DNA from: a virus
Taxonomy: Duplodnaviria > Heunggongvirae > Uroviricota > Caudoviricetes
Length of the DNA stretch: 14,064 nucleotides
Virus record (IMG/VR): IMGVR_UViG_2563366799_000001
Strand: one strand, 5' to 3'
A model generated the notes under the pieces. It was given only the letters and a program-made list of their open reading frames with translations, ran no database searches and was not told the origin of the DNA. The stretch's first letter is position 1. Each line of letters starts with the position of its first letter. Of the stretch, positions 8,736-14,064 are shown piece after piece. Position numbers and translations under genes: made by a program.

Positions 8736-8954
8736 ATGGCAGACATCATTGATTCAGCATCAGAAATCGAAGAATTACAGCGCAATACAGCAATAAAAAT
8801 GCGTCGTCTGAACCACCAGGTTATATCTGCCACTCATTGTTGTGAGTGTGGCGATCCCATAGATGAACGAAGACGCCTGGCCATTCAGGGTTGTCGGACT
8901 TGTGCAAGTTGCCAGGAGGAGATCGAACTTAAGAACAAACAATGGGGATTGTGA
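8736..8954 (+). CDS. TraR/DksA-family C4-type zinc-finger protein
   Basis: 72 aa with CCECGDPIDERRRLAIQGCRTCASCQ (CxxC-17-CxxC) near the C-terminus, typical of phage TraR/DksA-like proteins. GGAAG ribosome-binding site. Confidence 0.7.
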   Translation: MADIIDSASEIEELQRNTAIKMRRLNHQVISATHCCECGDPIDERRRLAIQGCRTCASCQEEIELKNKQWGL

Positions 8955-9001
8955 TGGCCTCAAAGCAGCAAATTTCAACATCGTCCAACTGAGGTGTAAA
9001 A

Positions 9002-9280
9002 ATGTTCAGAATCATTTTTCCTAACACCTGGTACGTCGACCACCACGGCACTCCCTGCAAAATCCTGCGTTCTACCCACAACAAAGTTCACTACATCCGA
9101 AAAGGCAGAACATGTATCGCCAGCATGTTCCGCTTTAATCATGACTTTGAACCTGTGAATAAAGCTGATGCAGATCGGATAGCAGAAGAGATCGAAACGG
9201 CAGAACACATTAAGAAGTTACGTGACATGCGTTCAAAAAGCAGAGGTAACCATGGAATCATACAGCCTCACACTCGATGA
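9002..9280 (+). CDS. hypothetical prophage protein (92 aa)
   Basis: Complete ORF with strong GAGGTG ribosome-binding site 5 nt upstream; no recognisable motif. 3' end overlaps the xis start. Confidence 0.45.
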   Translation: MFRIIFPNTWYVDHHGTPCKILRSTHNKVHYIRKGRTCIASMFRFNHDFEPVNKADADRIAEEIETAEHIKKLRDMRSKSRGNHGIIQPHTR

Positions 9281-9602
9281 GGCCTGTCAGTTTCTCAAGA
9301 TATCCAGACCTACCGCTACCAACTGGATACGAACAGGCCGCCTACAGGCAACACGCAAAGACCCCACTAAACTAAAATCTCCTTACCTCACAACACGACA
9401 AGCCTGCATTGCGGCGCTTCAGTCTCCGCTGCATACTGTCCAGGTGAGCGCGGGTGATGGCATAACAGAGGAAAGAAAATGTCACTCTTCCGCAGAGGTG
9501 AAATATGGTACGCCAGTTTCACATTGCCGAACGGTAAAAGATTTAAACAGTCTCTTGGAACAAAGGACAAAAGGCAGGCGACAGAACTCCATGACAAGCT
9601 AA
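9252..9602 (+). CDS. xis: excisionase (P22-type Xis, 116 aa)
   Basis: Internal ATG 9252 ([32 protein letters not shown]..., helix-turn-helix) preceded by GAGGT. Sits immediately upstream of int and overlaps it by about 124 nt in another frame. Confidence 0.65.
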   Translation: MESYSLTLDEACQFLKISRPTATNWIRTGRLQATRKDPTKLKSPYLTTRQACIAALQSPLHTVQVSAGDGITEERKCHSSAEVKYGTPVSHCRTVKDLNSLLEQRTKGRRQNSMTS

Positions 9603-10642
9603 AGGCTGAAGCATGGCGGGTCAGCAAACTTGGTGAAATACCTGATATAACGTTCGAGGAAGCGTGTGTCAGGTGGCTTGAAGAGAAAGCACATAAAAAA
9701 TCACTGGACGATGACAAAAGCCGGATCGGATTCTGGCTTCAACATTTCGCAGGAATGCAACTAAGAGACATTACTGAATCAAAAATTTATTCAGCAATGC
9801 AGAAAATGACGAACCGGCGTAATGAGGAAAACTGGAAACTCAGGGCAGAAGCATGCAGAAAAAAAGGGAAACCTGTTCCAGAATACAAGCCAAAACCAGC
9901 GTCTGTTGCAACGAAGGCTACGCATCTTTCATTTATAAAAGCCCTACTAAGAGCCGCAGAGCGTGAATGGAAAATGCTGGATAAGGCACCAATTATTAAA
10001 GTGCCTCAACCAAAGAATAAACGGATCCGCTGGCTGGAGCCCCATGAAGCACAAAGGCTGATTGATGAATGTCCGGAGCCATTAAAGTCTGTTGTTGAAT
10101 TTGCACTGGCAACAGGCTTAAGACGCTCGAACATCATCAACCTTGAATGGCAACAAATAGATATGCAGCGCCGGGTGGCATGGATAAACCCGGAAGAGAG
10201 TAAATCAAACCGCGCAATCGGCGTTGCGCTGAATGATACTGCATGTCGCGTATTGAAAAAACAAATCGGGAATCATCACCGTTGGGTATTTGTGTACAAG
10301 GAAAGCTGTACCAAACCAGACGGAACGAAAGCGCCAACAGTAAGGAAGATGCGGTATGACGCAAACACAGCCTGGAAAGCGGCGCTGAGACGGGCTGGTA
10401 TTGATGATTTCAGATTTCACGACTTGAGACACACCTGGGCAAGTTGGCTGGTTCAAGCCGGAGTCCCGTTGTCAGTGTTACAGGAAATGGGAGGCTGGGA
10501 GTCTATCGAAATGGTTCGTCGATATGCTCACCTTGCACCTAATCACCTTACCGAACACGCACGGCAAATAGACTCGATCCTGAACCCATCGGTCCCAAAT
10601 TTGTCCCAGTCAAAAAATAAGGAAGGTACTAATGATGTGTAA
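9479..10642 (+). CDS. int: P22/DLP12-type tyrosine integrase
   Basis: 387-aa ORF. N-terminus [34 protein letters not shown]; catalytic-domain motifs [12 protein letters not shown] (HxxR) and VRRYAHL (Tyr). 3' end abuts a tRNA-Thr 3' fragment, the P22-family att arrangement. Confidence 0.93.
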   Translation: MSLFRRGEIWYASFTLPNGKRFKQSLGTKDKRQATELHDKLKAEAWRVSKLGEIPDITFEEACVRWLEEKAHKKSLDDDKSRIGFWLQHFAGMQLRDITESKIYSAMQKMTNRRNEENWKLRAEACRKKGKPVPEYKPKPASVATKATHLSFIKALLRAAEREWKMLDKAPIIKVPQPKNKRIRWLEPHEAQRLIDECPEPLKSVVEFALATGLRRSNIINLEWQQIDMQRRVAWINPEESKSNRAIGVALNDTACRVLKKQIGNHHRWVFVYKESCTKPDGTKAPTVRKMRYDANTAWKAALRRAGIDDFRFHDLRHTWASWLVQAGVPLSVLQEMGGWESIEMVRRYAHLAPNHLTEHARQIDSILNPSVPNLSQSKNKEGTNDV

Positions 10643-10656
10643 CTTATTGATTTAAA

Positions 10657-10708
10657 TGGTGCCGATAATAGGAGTCGAACCTACGACCTTCGCATTACGA
10701 ATGCGAAG
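10657..10708 (-). other. 3' fragment of tRNA-Thr(CGU) (thrW-type att core); 5' half of the tRNA absent
   Basis: Reverse complement reads ...TCGCATTCGTAATGCGAAGGTCGTAGGTTCGACTCCTATTATCGGCACCA: anticodon stem-loop with CGU anticodon, variable loop, T arm, acceptor 3' strand and CCA. Sequence to the right does not continue as the D arm or 5' acceptor strand. Confidence 0.8.
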
Positions 10709-10790
10709 TTTTTATATTTTAACTGCTTGAACAACCATCAGAAATCACAAATTTATCATTTTAAATCATAATATTAAAACAAAAAACCTG

Positions 10791-10820
10791 TTGATGTAAA
10801 TTGATGAGTGTTGATGTTTA
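10791..10820 (+). repeat. three tandem 10-bp-phased TTGATG repeats upstream of the second integrase
   Basis: TTGATGTAAA / TTGATGAGTG / TTGATGTTTA at 10791, 10801 and 10811, about 70-100 bp upstream of the int ATG at 10889. Confidence 0.6.
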
Positions 10821-10888
10821 TCCTTTCAATTTACTTACACCAGCCGTTACATTACTGTAAACCGTAATCCCCAACAGGAACCCTAAAA

Positions 10889-12208
10889 ATGGCGCTTTCA
10901 AGACAAAAACTAACCTTCGAACGAATTCGAAGATTTACTTTACCTGAAGGGAAAAACCAAGTTTTCCTTTGGGATACGGACGTAACAAGCTTGGCATGTC
11001 GAGCAACTCGTGGAGCAAAAGCCTTTGTATTCCAAAGCCTGTATGCGGGAAAAACCCTTCGCATGACCATTGGCAACATTAACGATTGGAGGATTGATGA
11101 TGCGAGGGCCGAAGCCAGGCGACTGCAAACATTAATCGATACTGGGATAGATCCGCGTATAGCTAAGGCGGAAAAAATTGCTGAAGCGGAATCACAGCAG
11201 GCTGAATCTCGTAAAACGAAGGCAACCTTTTCAAGCGCTTGGGAAGATTATCTTGATGAATTGAGAACCGGAATCAGCGCAAAAACTAAACGCCCCTACT
11301 CTGCACGCTACATTGCCGATCACGTTAACTTGTCCAGTCGTGGAGGCGAAAGTAAAAAAAGAGGCCGGGGCCCAACCTCACCTGGGCCACTGGCTAGCCT
11401 GCTCGACCGACCATTATCAGAACTAACACCAGAGAACATTGCCGAATGGCTAAGTACAGAGAGACAAAATCGGCCTACCGTCACTGCTCATGCCTACCGT
11501 CTGTTGCGTGCATTCATCAAATGGGCTAATTACCAGAAAAAATATCAGGGAATAATCGATGGCGATCTTGCACAAGATCATAACGTGAGAAAAATGGTTC
11601 CAATATCAGCGAGCAAAGCGGGAGATTGCTTACAAAAAGAACAGCTCAAAAGCTGGTTCAGTGCCGTGCGTAGCCTCAATAATCCCATTGCATCAGCCTA
11701 TCTCCAAGTGCTTTTGCTCACCGGTGCACGGCGTGAAGAAATTTCCTCACTTCGCTGGTCTGACATAGATTTCAAATGGTCAAGCATGAGAATTAAAGAC
11801 AAGATCGAAGGCGAGCGAATTATCCCCCTCACTCCCTATGTTTCTGACTTGTTACGCTCACTGATGGAGATCCCCAATCGTGGTACAAACGAGGAGAATT
11901 GGGTTTTCAGAAGTAACAGCAAAAGTGGCAAAATTATTGAACCGCGTTCAGCACATAATAGAGCATTAACTCGCGCGGAGTTACCACATATCAGCTTGCA
12001 CGGATTGCGCCGTAGTTTTGGGACCCTCGCTGAATGGGTCGAAGTACCAACAGGTATTGTTGCGCAGATTATGGGCCATAAGCCTAGCGCTCTTGCTGAA
12101 AAGCACTATCGCCGCCGTCCATTAGATTTGCTAAGAAAATGGCATGAAAAAGTTGAATTATGGATCTTAGAAGAAGCAAAAATAAAAAACAACGTTGATA
12201 AGCGTTGA
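10889..12208 (+). CDS. P4-type tyrosine integrase
   Basis: 439-aa ORF. C-terminal catalytic motifs LHGLRRSFGTLAEW and KHYRRR (Tyr); long N-terminal arm-binding-type domain. Unrelated in sequence to the upstream P22-type Int. Confidence 0.88.
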   Translation: MALSRQKLTFERIRRFTLPEGKNQVFLWDTDVTSLACRATRGAKAFVFQSLYAGKTLRMTIGNINDWRIDDARAEARRLQTLIDTGIDPRIAKAEKIAEAESQQAESRKTKATFSSAWEDYLDELRTGISAKTKRPYSARYIADHVNLSSRGGESKKRGRGPTSPGPLASLLDRPLSELTPENIAEWLSTERQNRPTVTAHAYRLLRAFIKWANYQKKYQGIIDGDLAQDHNVRKMVPISASKAGDCLQKEQLKSWFSAVRSLNNPIASAYLQVLLLTGARREEISSLRWSDIDFKWSSMRIKDKIEGERIIPLTPYVSDLLRSLMEIPNRGTNEENWVFRSNSKSGKIIEPRSAHNRALTRAELPHISLHGLRRSFGTLAEWVEVPTGIVAQIMGHKPSALAEKHYRRRPLDLLRKWHEKVELWILEEAKIKNNVDKR

Positions 12209-12225
12209 TTTTATCAAATATCAAC
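12194..12225 (+). repeat. GTTGAT direct repeats (10-bp spacing) followed by inverted copies, at the 3' end of the integrase gene
   Basis: GTTGAT at 12194 and 12204, then ATCAA at 12213 and ATCAAC at 12220, forming an imperfect palindrome that overlaps the int stop codon. Same motif as the array at 10791..10820. Confidence 0.55.
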
Positions 12226-12247
12226 AACTTACATAAAATCACATGTG

Positions 12248-12275
12248 TTGACAGAAATTTTTTTTCAGTTATCTT
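12248..12275 (+). promoter_or_regulatory. putative sigma70 promoter for the downstream operon
   Basis: Consensus -35 TTGACA at 12248..12253, 16-bp T-rich spacer, -10-like TATCTT at 12270..12275. Not verified. Confidence 0.3.
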
Positions 12276-12322
12276 TTATTACTGCTAACTACATTCACTC
12301 ACTAAGCAGGAGATTAACTACA

Positions 12323-12748
12323 GTGACTAACCCAATAACTGTATCAAGAGAAGACCGAAGTGCGGAAATCAGAGCGAGATGGGGTTTACATCCGACTAAA
12401 AACAAAAGTTCTAATTTTTGGGAAACAACAATTCAGCGTTTTAATAATAGTAGTACTGACCGAATACTACCTCTTTGGCACCGTGTTTCAAAACTTTTAG
12501 TTGCTATTAGGAATGTAGTCAATACTATAACATGCCCTTTTCCACCAAAGGGGAATACTTCCCGCTCACGCCGAAGTTCAACAACGTCATCAAAAAACTC
12601 ATCATCATCTTCATCGGATGGTAGTAGTAGCGACCCCGATCCCGATAGAGACCCCATATTCACCCCTTTTCATTTCATTCTTTCATCTCTGTTAAAAACA
12701 ATGATCGTCTTATTTGCCCACATATCAAATGTTGGGGTGATGAAATGA
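12323..12748 (+). CDS. hypothetical protein with Ser/Asp-rich low-complexity segment (GTG start); coding strand uncertain
   Basis: GTG at 12323 preceded by AGGAG 10 nt upstream; stop overlaps the next gene's ATG (ATGA coupling). Contains SRSRRSSTTSSKNSSSSSSDGSSSDPDPDRD. An antisense ORF (12433..12663) with an acidic stretch is an alternative. Confidence 0.3.
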   Translation: MTNPITVSREDRSAEIRARWGLHPTKNKSSNFWETTIQRFNNSSTDRILPLWHRVSKLLVAIRNVVNTITCPFPPKGNTSRSRRSSTTSSKNSSSSSSDGSSSDPDPDRDPIFTPFHFILSSLLKTMIVLFAHISNVGVMK

Positions 12749-12966
12749 GCGATATCAAACATCAAAAACCCTCTCAGTCACAACTAATTTCTACCCGCGA
12801 GTTAGCTAATATTATTGGCTATGAAGTACAAACTATTCGAGCTTGGCTTTGCAAAGACAAACTGCCTAATGGTTTACCGCGACCGAAGAAAATTAAAAAC
12901 CGACACTATTGGTCACGTAAAGACATTGATAGATACCTATTAACCTTCTCAGTATATAGTAACTAA
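12745..12966 (+). CDS. AlpA-like helix-turn-helix phage regulatory / excisionase-family protein
   Basis: 73 aa. ISTRELANIIGYEVQTIRAWL then LPRPKKIKNRHYWSRKDIDRYL, the same pattern as AlpA (HTH followed by FPKK...W...EIDEWL). Position just downstream of a P4-type integrase is typical. Confidence 0.6.
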   Translation: MSDIKHQKPSQSQLISTRELANIIGYEVQTIRAWLCKDKLPNGLPRPKKIKNRHYWSRKDIDRYLLTFSVYSN

Positions 12967-12977
12967 TAGAGGCCTCC

Positions 12978-13003
12978 CCCGGCTATTCTAAAGAATAGCC
13001 GGG
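12978..13003 (+). terminator. perfect 11-bp-stem hairpin (possible terminator or protein-binding palindrome)
   Basis: CCCGGCTATTC-TAAA-GAATAGCCGGG, 12 nt after the AlpA-like stop; followed by TTAGTTAAT (weak U tract). Confidence 0.4.
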
Positions 13004-13088
13004 TTAGTTAATACAAACCTTCCATTAACAATGGGGGGAGATTAATACTATTTATCACATCTCACATTAACAAAATTCAAGGTCACAT

Positions 13089-13853
13089 ATGAAAAAACGC
13101 ATCACTTTCAGCGTAAACAATAGTTCTACTATTGATGCAATTGACGACTATAGCAATGCAAAAGGATACTCCAGGTCAGAGGTGATATCATTTTTATTAA
13201 ACGCCACAGTCCCAGCATTGAATAAAATAACATCGCAATATCATATAGCTCAAACTTTGGAGTCAACATTAGGCTGTATTTTTGAAGAGAAGGCCCCGTC
13301 AATAGCACGGGGGGAGCCAAAATTAACTTACGAAGAGTTTTTTCATTCCGTCTGGAACACTCACATTCGACACCGGAACGAGGTTATCGACCAGAATTTT
13401 TATGCACACAAAATATCTCATGATAAGATGGGGAAGAGTGAAAAAAAATTAATTCATGAAAAGCTCACATACATTATAAAAAGCTTCAATGTAAAAAAAG
13501 CAATTTTTATTTACACAGATCGGCGCGTGAACCACAAACATCTAATTGCAGGAGGGTTGTCAAATATCATACTGATAAAGGAAACAGTTTACGATGGTTG
13601 TTTTTTTGATTTGAGCAGCATTGTGATTATGCCAATCTTTGAACTTATTACATTTGGAATTGAAGAGGTATTGAAAAGAAATAAAATCCACCATAAACAA
13701 TCATGCTATTGCTGGATACCAATTTATTACACAAATGATCTAGCGGTAATGGTCCCGGTGATTGCCGAAGGCGATACACCTCAAAAGGCGATGAAAGGAG
13801 GAGATGCCATCATTATTAACCCCTTTAACGGTGAAGTAAACCATACTTTCTGA
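13089..13853 (+). CDS. hypothetical protein, N-terminal ribbon-helix-helix-like motif plus ~200-aa domain of unknown function
   Basis: 254-aa ORF with AAGG ribosome-binding site. N-terminus MKKRITFSVNNSSTIDAIDDYSNAKGYSRSEVISFLL fits the CopG/Arc-type RHH pattern (beta-strand then helices). Remainder unrecognised. Markedly AT-rich relative to the prophage genes. Confidence 0.65.
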   Translation: MKKRITFSVNNSSTIDAIDDYSNAKGYSRSEVISFLLNATVPALNKITSQYHIAQTLESTLGCIFEEKAPSIARGEPKLTYEEFFHSVWNTHIRHRNEVIDQNFYAHKISHDKMGKSEKKLIHEKLTYIIKSFNVKKAIFIYTDRRVNHKHLIAGGLSNIILIKETVYDGCFFDLSSIVIMPIFELITFGIEEVLKRNKIHHKQSCYCWIPIYYTNDLAVMVPVIAEGDTPQKAMKGGDAIIINPFNGEVNHTF

Positions 13854-13935
13854 TACCAATGTTAAGCATAACCACTTAGTTGCATACATCTCGACAGTAT
13901 GGAGTTAGTACCTAATAGCTTGATGAGGGTAAAAG

Positions 13936-13972
13936 ATGCCTACTAACAAAGCAAAATCAAAGAAAATTCTAG
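13936..13972 (+). pseudogene. 5' stub of a gene (12 codons) cut off by IS5
   Basis: GAGGG ribosome-binding site, then ATG at 13936 encoding MPTNKAKSKKIL; the IS5 end starts at 13973 and the frame stops shortly inside it. Confidence 0.35.
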
Positions 13973-14064
13973 GGAAGGTGCGAATAAGCGGGGAAATTCT
14001 TCTCGGCTGACTCAGTCATTTCATTTCTTCATGTTTGAGCCGATTTTTTCTCCCGTAAATGCCT
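13973..14064 (+). mobile_element. IS5 terminal segment (partial copy, body extends beyond window end)
   Basis: GGAAGGTGCGAATAAGCGGGGAAATTCTTCTCGGCTGACTCAGTCATTTCATTTCTTCATG..., the IS5 terminus; exact inverted copy of bases 1..92. Preceded by CTAG (YTAR target). Confidence 0.92.

Larger units (their letters stand above)
96..10708. mobile_element. DLP12-like cryptic lambdoid prophage remnant (immunity region deleted; left side interrupted by IS5)
   Basis: Gene order ybcK-emrE ... ren' P O' | 'gam bet exo ... xis int att is the reverse of the lambda map with a P22-type integration module and DLP12-type cargo; cI, cro, N, cII and the O N-terminus are absent. Confidence 0.8.
10709..13972. mobile_element. 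P4-type integrase / AlpA island segment next to the thrW-type att fragment, truncated on the right by IS5
   Basis: Integrase, AlpA-like regulator and low-GC cargo gene in one orientation, beginning immediately after the tRNA-Thr fragment and ending at the IS5 junction. Confidence 0.5.

Noticed and set aside
9388-10456. Minus-strand ORFs inside xis/int (9388..9717, 10137..10364, 10205..10456)
   Set aside because: Nested antisense to the integrase and excisionase genes.
10657-10740. Possibility of a complete tRNA-Thr gene next to the integrase
   Set aside because: Sequence right of 10708 (TTTTTATATTTTAACTGCTTG...) does not encode the D arm or 5' acceptor strand (expected complement of GCCGATA... 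is missing), so only the 3' part is present.
10852-11128. Minus-strand ORFs 10852..11079 and 10940..11128 at the start of the P4-type integrase
   Set aside because: Antisense to a well-supported integrase ORF.
1-14064. CRISPR arrays or rRNA genes
   Set aside because: No regularly spaced direct repeats of 25-40 bp with unique spacers and no rRNA-like conserved segments were seen anywhere in the window.

Overview
The window is a mosaic accessory region lying between two inverted, partial IS5 copies (1..95 minus; 13973..14064 plus), each of which disrupts a gene. Most of it (about 96..10708) is a DLP12-like cryptic lambdoid prophage remnant on the reverse of the usual lambda map: an IS5-truncated low-GC HNH-motif gene, a ybcK-like large serine recombinase, emrE, an outer-membrane beta-barrel gene, a ren remnant, P, an O C-terminal fragment fused by deletion to a gam 3' fragment, intact bet and exo, small lambda-like early ORFs, a TraR/DksA-type zinc-finger gene, and a P22-type xis-int pair ending at a 3' fragment of tRNA-Thr(CGU) (att core). 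Directly after the tRNA fragment sits a second, unrelated module: a P4-type tyrosine integrase flanked by 10-bp-phased GTTGAT repeats, an AlpA-like regulator and a low-GC 254-aa protein with an N-terminal ribbon-helix-helix-like motif and an otherwise unrecognisable body. The two low-GC orphan genes (HNH protein at the left edge, RHH-like protein at the right) are the best candidates for undescribed function. All protein identifications are from reading the translations and recall of known sequences, not from database searches.
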